Virus record (IMG/VR): IMGVR_UViG_3300042455_001086
Span: 186,001 to 250,000 of that record
DNA length: 64,000 nt
Reading direction: 5' to 3' (one strand)
Below the pieces are notes generated by a model that did no database searches, was not told the origin of the DNA, and saw nothing but the letters and a program-made list of their open reading frames with translations. The translations under genes and the position numbers were made by a program. This document shows positions 1-11,583 of the stretch, one piece after another; the stretch's first letter is position 1, and the number at the start of each line of letters is the position of its first letter.

Positions 1-1524
1 TAATTCTTGATTATAAGTTCCACCTGAAATTAAACTATATTGTTTATCAAAATCATCTATACTTATTTTTTGATCCGCAACATAGATATATTCATTAAAT
101 TCAACTAAAGCTTCTGGTGCTCCAATTAACCTAAGTAAAATTTCAATGGATTTTCTTGTTCCCTTTGATTTAAAAAGATATGCCGAATTTAATATTAAGT
201 TCCTATAATATTGGTAATTTAATTCTTCTGGTGTTTGTCCAATCCCAACACCGGAAAATTGATTTGACCCGTTTGAAAATACAGAATCCAATAAATTTTG
301 TTCTGTAATTGGTGAAATATTTGTATTCCACCCCAATGTTTGAGCAAGATTTTTTAATAATTGTGATGGTATATCATTTTTTACAATATAATGGACATTA
401 TTCATATTTGGTAATGCCAATATGAATTTCATAGATTCATCAAAACTCCTACCATATATTTGTAGGACTTTTTCCATTTTTTGATCATCAGTATCAAATT
501 CTTTAAACGCCCCAGTTGTTAAAAACCTTGAAACAAGATTGGTTCTATATCTATCCAAACTTGTGGCAAATTCATTTAATTGTGTTAGATAAGCATCAAA
601 AGATGATGATGTGATGTCTAGGTTCCAAACACCGTTTTTTGGAAATGTTAAATTTTGATTTGTAAGATAATATGTTCCATCTTCATCTTCAACCGATATA
701 ACAAATTTTGCGGTATATTGTGGGACAGAACTCCTATCAAGTAAAAATTTTTCAACTTCATCAAAATCTTCATTAAAAACCTTTGAAACATAATAATCAC
801 TTGGTCTTACTACAATTTGTTGAAATGATGTTTGGTTCCCGGAAAAAGGATTCCCTTCTACCGATAATTCAAGAACTGTTGAATTTGAACTAGTTGGTGA
901 AAACCCAATTATTTTATATGGACTATCATCAACATAAACAACATAGCTCTGGAAATTTTTTGTAAAATTTCTTAATGGTGATACAACAACATCACTTACT
1001 TCAAGATTTCTTGTTGCGTTTGTGGTATAATCAATATCAAATGGATTTCTTATTACAGTTAAAGGAATTTCAAAGTTTGTAATATCTTCAACTTGGTCAT
1101 ATACGATATTCTGTGCAGTTTGATTTGTCGTAAAATCACCAGCAATTGATAATGCTTCAAGTCCTGCTGGAAAGAAGTTAATTATATTTGTAATTGACGC
1201 TGATACTCTTTTTACTAATGAACCATAAAGAGTAAAATTTGTTACTTGTGATAAATCAAAATTTGGATAAACTCTAAAATTATTTGCTTGTATTAACCTT
1301 GATTGTGTTACACTTTCAATATTTAATGTATCCAAATTTATTGGGTCAGAAAATGTCCCAATATTAAAATTCCTATTTTGTTTTTCGTTAAGATTTTCGG
1401 TAAATTCAAAATTACCTTGGGTAAAACCTCCCCCATCAACAAGTTGGAATCCTACCAAATTGTCTGAAAATGTTCCAGCGCCAGATGCTGTTTGTGGGGG
1501 ACATGTATATTTCTTTAAAGCCAT
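1..1524 (-). CDS. Baseplate wedge-type structural protein (P2 gpI / T4 gp7-like), 3' part runs off the window
   Basis: Not in the ORF track. ATG at 1524-1522 (MALKKYTC...) overlaps the TAA of the upstream gene, and the frame is still coding at base 1 (...ISGGTYNQEL). Contains QLLKNLAQTLGW and YLFKSKGTRKSIEILLRLIGAP, motifs typical of gpI-like wedge proteins. Confidence 0.6.
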   Translation of the reverse strand, partial: MALKKYTCPPQTASGAGTFSDNLVGFQLVDGGGFTQGNFEFTENLNEKQNRNFNIGTFSDPINLDTLNIESVTQSRLIQANNFRVYPNFDLSQVTNFTLYGSLVKRVSASITNIINFFPAGLEALSIAGDFTTNQTAQNIVYDQVEDITNFEIPLTVIRNPFDIDYTTNATRNLEVSDVVVSPLRNFTKNFQSYVVYVDDSPYKIIGFSPTSSNSTVLELSVEGNPFSGNQTSFQQIVVRPSDYYVSKVFNEDFDEVEKFLLDRSSVPQYTAKFVISVEDEDGTYYLTNQNLTFPKNGVWNLDITSSSFDAYLTQLNEFATSLDRYRTNLVSRFLTTGAFKEFDTDDQKMEKVLQIYGRSFDESMKFILALPNMNNVHYIVKNDIPSQLLKNLAQTLGWNTNISPITEQNLLDSVFSNGSNQFSGVGIGQTPEELNYQYYRNLILNSAYLFKSKGTRKSIEILLRLIGAPEALVEFNEYIYVADQKISIDDFDKQYSLISGGTYNQEL

Positions 1525-2429
1525 TATCCAGTTATGTTATTGAAAGCTTTGCTAAAATCAATATTATTACCTCTATCCTGTCTTACTTCATAAAGTAAAT
1601 TATTAAATTGATCTCTAATTTCGTATAAGTTGTATTGTTTGTAGATGTTGTTTCCACTATCGTAAATTGTGTAAATACCATCATCCATAGATTTAGTTTG
1701 ATTACCATAAAGAGCAATTGCAAGTGTAGAAATATCCTGATCCACAATTTCAATTTCAGTTGTGATTGGATTAAAATAGGTATTTGTTATAATAATATTT
1801 TGGTTTGGTTGTCCGATAAATGGTGTTGCGTTTGGTTTATTTGTTGGTGATGACGATGGTGATAATGTGCAAAAAAGTAAGTTTGAAGTTCCTTCAACAT
1901 AGATATATCTAATTGATTTTTGACTTGTATTTGTCAAATTTTGAACCACTGGCTCACAATAAAAAGATGATGTAATAATCCTAAAGAAGTTGGGAATTTT
2001 ACTACCATCAGAGTTTAAATATTCAACTCTAAATCCAACAAGTCCTTGATTTACAAATTTATTTCTAAATTGTTGTGGAACATTATTTAAATCAATAACA
2101 ATCCCCTTAACATTAGGAAGTGCAGATAAAATACCACAATCAGTAATTGTTGTTCTAATTTCGGCTGGTCTAATATAAAGTGTATAAATACCAAGTTTAT
2201 TAAACTGATCCGCCGGTAATTTTAAATTGTAAAGACCACCAAGAACCTCGTTGTTTGCCCCACCAGTATTGGCGTTATTGAAATATGGTCTTAATATTGT
2301 CTTAGCGTCAAGTTTTGTCAATACAAAATTATCAGTCAAATCTCTACTTGGGGTATAATTTAATATTACCTCAACATCGTCGGGACTGACATCCGCACTT
2401 CTTATTACTCCATAGGATCCGGTAGCCAC
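1524..2429 (-). CDS. Hypothetical virion structural protein (301 aa)
   Basis: Long ORF with GTG start in the baseplate cluster, preceded by the TATTTAT motif; no recognisable catalytic motif. Confidence 0.6.
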   Translation of the reverse strand: MATGSYGVIRSADVSPDDVEVILNYTPSRDLTDNFVLTKLDAKTILRPYFNNANTGGANNEVLGGLYNLKLPADQFNKLGIYTLYIRPAEIRTTITDCGILSALPNVKGIVIDLNNVPQQFRNKFVNQGLVGFRVEYLNSDGSKIPNFFRIITSSFYCEPVVQNLTNTSQKSIRYIYVEGTSNLLFCTLSPSSSPTNKPNATPFIGQPNQNIIITNTYFNPITTEIEIVDQDISTLAIALYGNQTKSMDDGIYTIYDSGNNIYKQYNLYEIRDQFNNLLYEVRQDRGNNIDFSKAFNNITG

Positions 2430-2471
2430 TTTTTATGTTTTATAAATTTATTGTTCTTTTGTTATAAATAC

Positions 2472-3647
2472 TTATGCAGTATCTTTTTTGACTTTGAAAA
2501 ATCCATATCCGTATTTTTCTAAATCACCAACATTATCAACCTCACCTATTCTCTCAATATACTCCAAAACAGCCTGTTTTCCTCGTTCAACAAATACATT
2601 TGTTTGGACTTCCGGTTGATCTATCACATTCAATAAGCCTTCATTTTTTGTAAGTGCCGACATAACAAGGTCGTCTTGTCTAAATCCAGAAGAATATGTG
2701 ACATATAAGGTATAGTCCTCAAAGTCATAATAGTCAATATTGTTTATCGTATATGATATATATGTGTTTGATGGATCCGGTCCCCAAACTGTTCCAACAC
2801 AACCGGTTGTTCCGGTTACTTGGGTGCCAATCTTGTATTTACCAGCAAACAACATATCTTTTGGACCATATTGTGCCAAATCGTTAATTGACGATTCAGT
2901 AAATCCACTGATAATAAAAGGAACTGAAGTATAATTACTACTATAAAAATCTGATAAATTTGTATTTGAATCACCACTAAAAATATAATCATAACTTATT
3001 GGTGTTCCAGACCAACTTCCCCCAGCCGGAAAAAATACAGCATTACCATTTGGGTTCGGTATTGTTATTTGTGTTACTGGAACTTTAATTGTTTTTTGGA
3101 CAACCGAAACACCCCAAGGTGAGTTAGCTGTCATTGTAATTGTATATGTTCCATTTGATGCCGGGTATGTATGTGTTATTGGTCCGGCCGATGTTAATGT
3201 GATTTCTGGTGTTCCATCACCCCAATTTAATTTATATGTTATAAGACCAAGAAATTTAATCATCTCTTGTTCTGATGTGTTATAAAAAATATAATTATAT
3301 GGGTTTAATGTGTTTGCTGTAAAAATAAAATTATTGATTACTTCTTTTTGTAGAACAGCCCCATCAAATGTTGAGTAATATCCAATATCAACAGCAGATT
3401 GTGTAAATAAAATAGGTATTGTTAATCCTGTGAGTAAAGATGTTCCATTTGTTCCACCAGATAAAAGATCTCGCATTGATAGATAAAGTCCTGTTGTTCC
3501 GGTAATTGTATTCTCGGTTGTTGCAGTAATAAAACAACAATTGTCAATATCATATATTACTTCGGTTCCTGCGGTATATGGAATATTTACCAAATCCGAA
3601 AGTATATTTTCTGGTGATATTTTAAAATAATATTTTTGTTCTTCCAT
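2472..3647 (-). CDS. Virion structural protein with PKD/Ig-like domain
   Basis: LNWGDGT...ITHTYP...GTYTITMTANSPWG is a PKD-domain signature; Thr/Gly-rich. Confidence 0.6.
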   Translation of the reverse strand: MEEQKYYFKISPENILSDLVNIPYTAGTEVIYDIDNCCFITATTENTITGTTGLYLSMRDLLSGGTNGTSLLTGLTIPILFTQSAVDIGYYSTFDGAVLQKEVINNFIFTANTLNPYNYIFYNTSEQEMIKFLGLITYKLNWGDGTPEITLTSAGPITHTYPASNGTYTITMTANSPWGVSVVQKTIKVPVTQITIPNPNGNAVFFPAGGSWSGTPISYDYIFSGDSNTNLSDFYSSNYTSVPFIISGFTESSINDLAQYGPKDMLFAGKYKIGTQVTGTTGCVGTVWGPDPSNTYISYTINNIDYYDFEDYTLYVTYSSGFRQDDLVMSALTKNEGLLNVIDQPEVQTNVFVERGKQAVLEYIERIGEVDNVGDLEKYGYGFFKVKKDTA

Positions 3648-4456
3648 TATGGATTTACATATTCATACCATTTTATCGGATTTGGAGTATCTCCAACCCT
3701 CGTGTTTGTTGAGGTTTCAAAAACCTCATATGTTTTTGTGTTATAGTTCAAATTAACTTTATAGTAAAAATAATCGCTACCCAAGAAATTAAATCTTGAT
3801 GGTAAGATTTGTGGTTGGACTTTATTTGTCATTGTCGCATAAACCCCTCGTCTTCCATTAAAGAATTTTGCTGACATATAAAACTCATTAATGTTTATAA
3901 AATCTCTTTTTCTTAACCAATAAATAAAAAACCCTTCCTTATCTCCAATATAATCCAAGGCAAATTTTGGTTTCTTAATATCAACATTTGGTAATAATGA
4001 TGAAAGTGAAACACTTTCGGTCTGGCCTTGTTGAACCGGTAATATTATTGAGAAATACAAAGTTTGCGTTTTGTCTTCCGGTGTGTCATAAAAATCCAAC
4101 TTAAAGAACGACTTTGTGAATGGTTTTGTAAAATAATAAATATCTGAAGGTGTAAATCCTTGATTTTGATATGATATATCCCAATTGGAGATTGTTAATG
4201 TGCTTGCGGTTATTGGTTGCGAATTATCAAAAAATGAAAACTCATAATTTATTTCTGTTGATTGATTTAAAAATTGATTATGTGTAAATCTTAATGTTTC
4301 AAAATCATTGGCAATCCCAATAACTTCCTTTACCATCTTTTTTTGATATTCTTCAATACTATCATCCCTACCCATAAAATCCCAATTTAATTCAACGGGA
4401 ACATTAACATACTTGTTAGTATCTGGAAGAACAATTTTTATTTTATTCACACTCAT
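3647..4456 (-). CDS. Hypothetical structural protein (269 aa)
   Basis: ORF overlapping both neighbours in the baseplate operon. Confidence 0.55.
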   Translation of the reverse strand: MSVNKIKIVLPDTNKYVNVPVELNWDFMGRDDSIEEYQKKMVKEVIGIANDFETLRFTHNQFLNQSTEINYEFSFFDNSQPITASTLTISNWDISYQNQGFTPSDIYYFTKPFTKSFFKLDFYDTPEDKTQTLYFSIILPVQQGQTESVSLSSLLPNVDIKKPKFALDYIGDKEGFFIYWLRKRDFININEFYMSAKFFNGRRGVYATMTNKVQPQILPSRFNFLGSDYFYYKVNLNYNTKTYEVFETSTNTRVGDTPNPIKWYEYVNP

Positions 4457-6179
4457 CTTCGGTAGGTGTTACAATTTCATTTATGTTTTGTAGGTTAATA
4501 CCTTCTGGATAAACTCTAAATATATAATTAGCGTATGGATAATGTTTTCCGTTCAAAAATGGATAATCCACACCAATATCTGATGTGTCAATAAAGCCAT
4601 AAGTATAAATGTCTCTCCACCTAAAACTATTTGATAAATCCGAATAGTAAGCATAATCCGGAACACCTAAAACACCGTCTCTTGGTGCTTCCTCAATATA
4701 ATCAGAAAATACTCTAATTGTTAATGCTGAATGTGGTCTATAATAATACCCAAGTGGATTTGTTGATGGTGAATCTGATGGAACTTCAAAGAAAGTACCG
4801 TTAAATGTTATTTTATGGTTAATTTCTGATATAACCCTTTCATTTTGTTCATAATCATTCCATTCACAATATGAACCATCAATAACATCACCAACATTTA
4901 AATCGCCATTATAATAAAATGGACCTTCAGGTGGTAATGTTGATGAGTTATATTGTAATTGTGGAATACCTGTTGATGATAATGGATTTGTTTGATCCCA
5001 CCAACTATTTGGTAGGTTATTAACCAATGGAGCATTAAAATCAAAACCTTGTTTTAGATTTTTGGTCCAACCAAAATACCCTTTCCAAATTGTTGTAAAG
5101 TGTAATTCTGTTATTGGTCTTTTTTGATTATCTCTCAATGAGTTAATGTCAATATCACAATTAAACGAAAGTGTATAACTTTGATTTCCTTCTTTTATTG
5201 ATGTTCTTTCAACACCATCTGGTGTAATTACGGCTTTTTCAAGTTTTGATTTTGACCTAAAATTATTAAGTTCAAACCCAGCCTTAACCAATACCGCACA
5301 ATCAGCATTTGTTAAAACTTTATGTTTTCTTACATAATATTTTGAGGTTGTTTCTTTGATATTCTCATTATTTATTATTCTCTTAAAACTACCAATTGTT
5401 CCAGTTTGGAATGTGGTTCCGGTATAACCAACATTATCAATATTAAATATGTATAAATCACTACCATATCCAACATCACCAATACTACTTACTTGAAATA
5501 TACTATTCCCATTGTAGCTAAATGGTAATTTTACATACTCACCAGATTGTAGTCCGTGTTTTACCGGACATTTAAACGATATTTCATTTTGGTTTTGATC
5601 CGTACCAACTGAAATCCTAAATGGTAGTCCGTCATTTGCTGTCCAATACCAAGATGTTTGAGTTTGGGGATCAATAGCGTATAATGGTTTATTGTAGTCA
5701 TTATCATAGACATATGTTATATAATGTGACCAGTTATATGTGCTAGCACTTTTGTTAATAAAAGTTAAATGGTTATTTGGTGGTTTGGTATAACCAACGG
5801 TGTTGTTGTCAGTTCTTATTAAATCAAATTCAAAATATTGGGGATAGCCCTGCCAAGGAATATTTGGATTTGTAATTTGGGAAACTTTATTTTTTATTGC
5901 ATTTGTATAATAAAGATTGTTTCTAAATGGTGCATAAGTTGTTTTCCCAATAAACTCATTTTGAAATATAAAAGAATATTTACAACTTGGTCTAAATACT
6001 GTTGATGATTGTCGTTCTTCGTCAAAAACAGTTTGTAAGCTTAAATCAACATTTCTGTCAAATTCAATAATTTCTTTTTGATTACCATTCAAACTGACAT
6101 CCAATGACAAATTAGTATCTTGTGATGATTTAAATCTTTCACTTCCTAATACTATTGTTGTTGTATTATCTATTCCCAT
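4443..6179 (-). CDS. Hypothetical structural protein (578 aa)
   Basis: Long ORF translationally coupled within the baseplate operon. Confidence 0.55.
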   Translation of the reverse strand: MGIDNTTTIVLGSERFKSSQDTNLSLDVSLNGNQKEIIEFDRNVDLSLQTVFDEERQSSTVFRPSCKYSFIFQNEFIGKTTYAPFRNNLYYTNAIKNKVSQITNPNIPWQGYPQYFEFDLIRTDNNTVGYTKPPNNHLTFINKSASTYNWSHYITYVYDNDYNKPLYAIDPQTQTSWYWTANDGLPFRISVGTDQNQNEISFKCPVKHGLQSGEYVKLPFSYNGNSIFQVSSIGDVGYGSDLYIFNIDNVGYTGTTFQTGTIGSFKRIINNENIKETTSKYYVRKHKVLTNADCAVLVKAGFELNNFRSKSKLEKAVITPDGVERTSIKEGNQSYTLSFNCDIDINSLRDNQKRPITELHFTTIWKGYFGWTKNLKQGFDFNAPLVNNLPNSWWDQTNPLSSTGIPQLQYNSSTLPPEGPFYYNGDLNVGDVIDGSYCEWNDYEQNERVISEINHKITFNGTFFEVPSDSPSTNPLGYYYRPHSALTIRVFSDYIEEAPRDGVLGVPDYAYYSDLSNSFRWRDIYTYGFIDTSDIGVDYPFLNGKHYPYANYIFRVYPEGINLQNINEIVTPTEDECE

Positions 6180-9100
6180 TAGTCTTCCTCTGTTTCTAAA
6201 TATGTTTTTATGAACCGATTTAGTGCTGTTTTACCATTTTTTAAACCAAAGTAGAAATGATTTGGCCCACCAACTAAAAATGGTGTTGAAGTCCCACCAT
6301 TTGGTTCTGGTGTTAAGGTTCCGGTAAAACTATAAAATGGTGTAAAATTGGTTATAAAACCTAAATTTATCGCTGGCGAAGTTGATGTTGGTGTTGTAAA
6401 ATAATCTCCAGAACTTGCATCAAATTGTTGATATTTCTTTTTATAAAATGGTGAAGTTGTGTACCAATTGTTGGTTTCATTACCAAAAATACTTGTATTT
6501 GAATTTAATTTCCACTTATAATTAGGGACTTCTTGTGTTGATTGGTATCCATAATAATCTTGTAATAGTGGTGAAATATTATATATTGAAACACCGGGAC
6601 TTACCGCTCTTCTATTTTTATATTGTTGTTCATTTAAATCATAAAAAATACCAAAAACAGGTTTTCCAGATGTATCTTCACCAAGATAAATTTGATTATC
6701 CGGATAATTCCCACTTATAAATGGATTTATTTCATATTCAGAATTTATAGAAAATGATTGTGCAAAATCACCATCAATTCTGTCCCCTTCTCTTGAAAAG
6801 AACTGATTAACTGAGGCGTCCCCAACACTAAGTAATTGTTGTGCCCAAGTAGAATTTAATAATCTAGAAACAATACCTAATTGTAACAAATCTGAATTAT
6901 CATTATATGTGCTACTTTTTATGGTGTTAATTAAATATTCACCAGAAAAAGTTGGGTTTGCACATATTTCAGCAATAAACTCATCTCTATTACCCAAATC
7001 CATAATTGTTGTTGGAAATAGTATTTGTTTTTCATTTTGTGACTTGTCTGATTGTGGTGCTGGTAATAAACCTGGTAATGCAGAAGTTGGTGCTGGTGGT
7101 AATGCACCAATAAAATTGGTTCCATCCCATGGGGAGCTTCTATAATAGAAATTATTACTTATATCGTTAAAAATAATAATATCATTACAATATTCATAAT
7201 TAGTTACTTGTCCTGTTATATTAAATATTGTTCCTTTATTAAATGTTGGCATATATAATACACCATTTATCCAATTGTTTTGGAACATATGACTAAATAC
7301 ACCACGACATGCGGCAAAATTTATTCTAAACCTTGCAGACCATTCTAAAAATAATTTTATGTCGTCGTCAATACTAGATATATATGGTTTGTTTAATAGA
7401 TAATAGCAACCACCCTTTACTTTATCATCTTTTGAACATTCTTGATTTATACCAAAATTAACACCAGAACCAGTATAACATTTTAACTCAACTAACCCAT
7501 TACAACTTAAAGATTCCACAATTGATGTTCCAATCGCACCAGAATAATCTAAATCTTGTGATACTCCGGTTGAATCTGGACTTGTGGATGTTGTTGAAAG
7601 TGGTGCCGATAATATACCCTCATTTGGTATTTTGTATATTGCAAAACTATTATTTTGGTGTAGTGCAAAACTTGTATTTGGATTACCAACAGATCCTTCA
7701 CTATTCGTTGATGTTGGTAGTCTATCACTTCTCATAATAATACCTTGTGGGTTATTAAAATTAACACCTGGTAGTGTAGAATATGTGTGATAACCAGGTG
7801 AATATAACCACCAATAAACAGGACTCCGATCGTAATCACCACCAATAAATCGATCAGATCTTAATCTTGGACTTATTAAAAATGAACCACCACCAACATA
7901 GTAAGATTCTAATGGAGATATTAAATCATTACCTGCTGTATTTTGTGGTCCTGTTGAATCTGTGAGTTGATCATCTTGACGATTATTTGGGTTTGACAGT
8001 GAATTTCTAAAAGGTAGCATTAGGTTATATACCTTGAAGTCTCCACCAAACGAAAGGTTTTGATTAAGTCTATTTGTTGTTGGTACAATAAGATTATTTA
8101 AATTTAAATTTGTTGCTAATCCTAAATCTGGTCTATAATTACCAGGTAAATTAGAATTATTCCTATCTGTTGATAAATAATAATATGGTAATTTTGAGTT
8201 TGTATTCGTATATTGAGAGAACAACATAGTGTCTGGAGTAAAGGTAAATGATGGATAATAATTTTTTCTATCCGTTGGTGAAACACTTGGTGAATTATCA
8301 TTAGTATTATGTTCAATTGGTTTTAACCCATCAGAATAACCTCTAATTGGATAATTTAATTTAAATTTACCTGAAACTTGGACTTGGTTATGATTTGAAT
8401 AACCAAATATTCGACCTAAACCATATGTTATATTTTGTTTTTCAGTGTAAGGATCCACACCTCTAACTAATACCAAAATACTTAACTGGTCCCACTGTTG
8501 GCATTGTGTAAATAAAGAAGACCAACTTTGGGTATAATCATCGTTTCCATCAAATTGTTCATAATTATATCTTATTCTATGTAAAAGATATTCACTTGGA
8601 AAAGAACCTCTTGTTAAGTTACTTTTATTTAAAAATTCCTGAGTTGTCATCCCAGTCACTACTTGGAAATATTCAATATCACTAACAAATTTATAATTTG
8701 TTTTTGTATTCCCTGTTTGTATGATTTGTATTGTTGTTGATAAACTATTATTAGGATTATTAGGATTAGCATACCAAATTGTTTTTGATATTGTTGTTCC
8801 GGTTGTTGTTGTACCAGTTATAGATGAAGTTCCAAATTCATTTGTTATTGTTCCACCAGTTGAGTCTGTTAATCCTGTTAATCTTATTAAGTCTGGTGAT
8901 AATGCTGGATTTTGAAATGTTAATAAATCTCCGGATTGGAATTCTGATGTCATTCCAACATCACAAAGTAAAATAACGATTTGGTCTTTAAAATTTGGTG
9001 ACCCATTAACACTTGTTGTAATTTGATTAATACCACCAATACTTGATGAGGCACTATCAAAATATTTATCCCTCAAATTAAATGAATTTAATTTTTGTGG

Positions 9101-11509
9101 CCAAGGTTCTGTAACAGGATAACCGAATTCATCCCTACGACGATTACAATCTTCGTTTCTTGTTATAAAAGATCTTGAACCTCTTCTCCAAGAAACTGCA
9201 GGATCGTCAACACCAGAAAAAATTTGATTATAACTATTTGTCGCTTCTAATGTTACACTAGTTGGGCACTCATCCTCATACAACTTATTTAAATATGGAT
9301 TTCTATTATAATTTGCCGTATCTCTACCACATTGGTAATTTGTTGATGTACTAATATTAGCTAATTTTGAAAAATTACCTTCGCCTGTTCCAGATGCAAA
9401 ACTTTCAACTTCATCAAAATCTGATCCCCTATCTTCACACGGACAAGCATCACAATCTGGATATGAAATCATAGGTAATGCAATTTTTGAGAACCCTTTT
9501 TTTGCTATAATTTTTGGTGCTATTTTTATTAAAAAAAAGGCTAATATTGCTGAATAAATCACAATAGCTAAAAGATTACCAATTAACTGACCTAGAGCAA
9601 AGGGTACGGCACCTGCAACATTACTCGCCGCTTGTATTATTAGATAAGTTAGTAATAATGGGATGAATATTACAATAACCCATTTAAAAATTGGCCAAAT
9701 TGCCGCAATAAAATGTGCTAAAGATATTAGAATTATTATTGGAAATTTTAAAATAAACAATAATATACTTACGACAAACTCAATAAAATCAAAATTTCTT
9801 TGTAGGTCATTTACTGGAAATTTATTATTTTCACTCTGACAAGCTCTATTTGTTATTTCTTTTATACCCAAATGTCTTGATCTTCCTTTACCATTTTTAT
9901 ATCTATCAATAAACGAACTTACAGTATATACTTTATTATAATTAAATTCATAAAAAGTATCTTCACAATCAATTGCCGATTGTTTATCCGCATAATCATC
10001 CCAATCCAAACTAAAGGCGTATGATTTTAACACTTCAAAATAATTTTGTGGTAAAAAAGTAATATTAAATGTCTGTGATTGTGTGTCATCAATTGGGTTT
10101 GAGATAAACTGAATTGTGTCGCCAGCGGTAACCGGTATTGATGTTGTATCACCAAAATATGGTTGTCCGTTTATTATAACTGTTAAATTTGATGAATTTA
10201 TTGTATCTTCAAGTAAATAACCACCAGTCCCAACTACTGGTATTGTTGATCCTGTTACAGTTCCAGCTGGTAATGTTACTGTTACTTGAGACGCTGAATT
10301 AGGATTAAATGGGTCGTTCCCAGATGATGTCCATCCGTGTTCTTTTATATTTGGGACAAGAAAATTACCTCTTAAAAAATCATTTTGAATTCCTTGTTCG
10401 TTTTGCCATTTGATTTTAAATCTATATTTTCCTTTAGTTGGTATTCCTTTTTTAGGGTCGTTTGAAATGACTTGTTGTCCAAACTCATTTGTTATAACAT
10501 AATTAATATTCATAGGAATATTAATCATCCATGTTCCATTCTCATCAATTAATTTTCCACCCTCTTCAAATTTAAATTCTTCCAATGCTGGATTTCCGTT
10601 GTTGTCAGTAAAAATTGTTTGCCTAATTGCCAATATTTGTCCAGGACCTGCAATTAAATCACACATATTACCAGTATCATTTTTTGGTTTGCAATTTCTT
10701 TTAATCGCATCTTCATTTGTTGTCGAAACAATTGAACCCATAAAAACCGCTGTTGGTTCAATTTTAATATTTGCTTCGGCCGTTAAATCAAAATCAACTC
10801 TTGTAATACCAAATTGACAAATATCAACATCACCCCAAAATGGTGAAACTTCAACAACTCTATTTAAAGTTTTAATTTGTGGTAATTCACTTAGGTTTGA
10901 AGACGATTTAAATCTATTCCCATTTACTTGTGACGGACTAGCAACACCGGCGTCGATTAAATCTTGTGGTGATAATGAAAAACAACCAATGTCCGATAAA
11001 TCAACATCCATTACCAATGTTTGAGTTCCGGTTGGAACGCCAAATATCATAAAGTCACCACTATCATTTGTCTTTACCGAAAACTTATAATACTTATCAT
11101 ACACTTCAATATATGATTGATCTAGTAAAACTTCTTGTCTTGTTGGGAATGTTCCTGTTGCGGCATGAACCGAATAAGATGGGTCTTTTGGTAATAAATT
11201 ATATCTATAACCTTCTTCATTTAAGTCTGATAAATTTTTATATGGATATAACTCAGAGATTATTGGATTTGTTTCATCCTCTTGTGTTAATGGAACGAAA
11301 ACAGATACTTTAGCGTTTGGAACCCCAAAACCACCATTTACCAATACCCTACCAACAACAACACCATAGTCAGAACAAACTCTTGTATAAATGTCAGATT
11401 CATTTATTTTTAGTGAAAGTATCTCTAACTGGTCAAAATCTTGTTCTAACTTGACATTTATGTATTTGTCTTGACCAATTTCGGTTCTTATTCTATATGA
11501 TTTGGGCAT
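6179..11509 (-). CDS. Large virion/baseplate-associated protein (1776 aa) with N-terminal carboxypeptidase-regulatory/prealbumin-like beta sandwich and internal hydrophobic segment
   Basis: GVVVGRV...GVPNAKVSVF...KTNDSGDFMIFGVPTGTQTL pattern; about 90-aa hydrophobic stretch (FVVSILLFILKFPIII...AFFLIKIAP). Confidence 0.55.
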   Translation of the reverse strand: MPKSYRIRTEIGQDKYINVKLEQDFDQLEILSLKINESDIYTRVCSDYGVVVGRVLVNGGFGVPNAKVSVFVPLTQEDETNPIISELYPYKNLSDLNEEGYRYNLLPKDPSYSVHAATGTFPTRQEVLLDQSYIEVYDKYYKFSVKTNDSGDFMIFGVPTGTQTLVMDVDLSDIGCFSLSPQDLIDAGVASPSQVNGNRFKSSSNLSELPQIKTLNRVVEVSPFWGDVDICQFGITRVDFDLTAEANIKIEPTAVFMGSIVSTTNEDAIKRNCKPKNDTGNMCDLIAGPGQILAIRQTIFTDNNGNPALEEFKFEEGGKLIDENGTWMINIPMNINYVITNEFGQQVISNDPKKGIPTKGKYRFKIKWQNEQGIQNDFLRGNFLVPNIKEHGWTSSGNDPFNPNSASQVTVTLPAGTVTGSTIPVVGTGGYLLEDTINSSNLTVIINGQPYFGDTTSIPVTAGDTIQFISNPIDDTQSQTFNITFLPQNYFEVLKSYAFSLDWDDYADKQSAIDCEDTFYEFNYNKVYTVSSFIDRYKNGKGRSRHLGIKEITNRACQSENNKFPVNDLQRNFDFIEFVVSILLFILKFPIIILISLAHFIAAIWPIFKWVIVIFIPLLLTYLIIQAASNVAGAVPFALGQLIGNLLAIVIYSAILAFFLIKIAPKIIAKKGFSKIALPMISYPDCDACPCEDRGSDFDEVESFASGTGEGNFSKLANISTSTNYQCGRDTANYNRNPYLNKLYEDECPTSVTLEATNSYNQIFSGVDDPAVSWRRGSRSFITRNEDCNRRRDEFGYPVTEPWPQKLNSFNLRDKYFDSASSSIGGINQITTSVNGSPNFKDQIVILLCDVGMTSEFQSGDLLTFQNPALSPDLIRLTGLTDSTGGTITNEFGTSSITGTTTTGTTISKTIWYANPNNPNNSLSTTIQIIQTGNTKTNYKFVSDIEYFQVVTGMTTQEFLNKSNLTRGSFPSEYLLHRIRYNYEQFDGNDDYTQSWSSLFTQCQQWDQLSILVLVRGVDPYTEKQNITYGLGRIFGYSNHNQVQVSGKFKLNYPIRGYSDGLKPIEHNTNDNSPSVSPTDRKNYYPSFTFTPDTMLFSQYTNTNSKLPYYYLSTDRNNSNLPGNYRPDLGLATNLNLNNLIVPTTNRLNQNLSFGGDFKVYNLMLPFRNSLSNPNNRQDDQLTDSTGPQNTAGNDLISPLESYYVGGGSFLISPRLRSDRFIGGDYDRSPVYWWLYSPGYHTYSTLPGVNFNNPQGIIMRSDRLPTSTNSEGSVGNPNTSFALHQNNSFAIYKIPNEGILSAPLSTTSTSPDSTGVSQDLDYSGAIGTSIVESLSCNGLVELKCYTGSGVNFGINQECSKDDKVKGGCYYLLNKPYISSIDDDIKLFLEWSARFRINFAACRGVFSHMFQNNWINGVLYMPTFNKGTIFNITGQVTNYEYCNDIIIFNDISNNFYYRSSPWDGTNFIGALPPAPTSALPGLLPAPQSDKSQNEKQILFPTTIMDLGNRDEFIAEICANPTFSGEYLINTIKSSTYNDNSDLLQLGIVSRLLNSTWAQQLLSVGDASVNQFFSREGDRIDGDFAQSFSINSEYEINPFISGNYPDNQIYLGEDTSGKPVFGIFYDLNEQQYKNRRAVSPGVSIYNISPLLQDYYGYQSTQEVPNYKWKLNSNTSIFGNETNNWYTTSPFYKKKYQQFDASSGDYFTTPTSTSPAINLGFITNFTPFYSFTGTLTPEPNGGTSTPFLVGGPNHFYFGLKNGKTALNRFIKTYLETEED

Positions 11510-11583
11510 TAAATTCTACTTTTTTGATAAATAGTTTATTTCCTATTTTAGAAAAATAAGATTAAAACCCAATAAATAAATTA

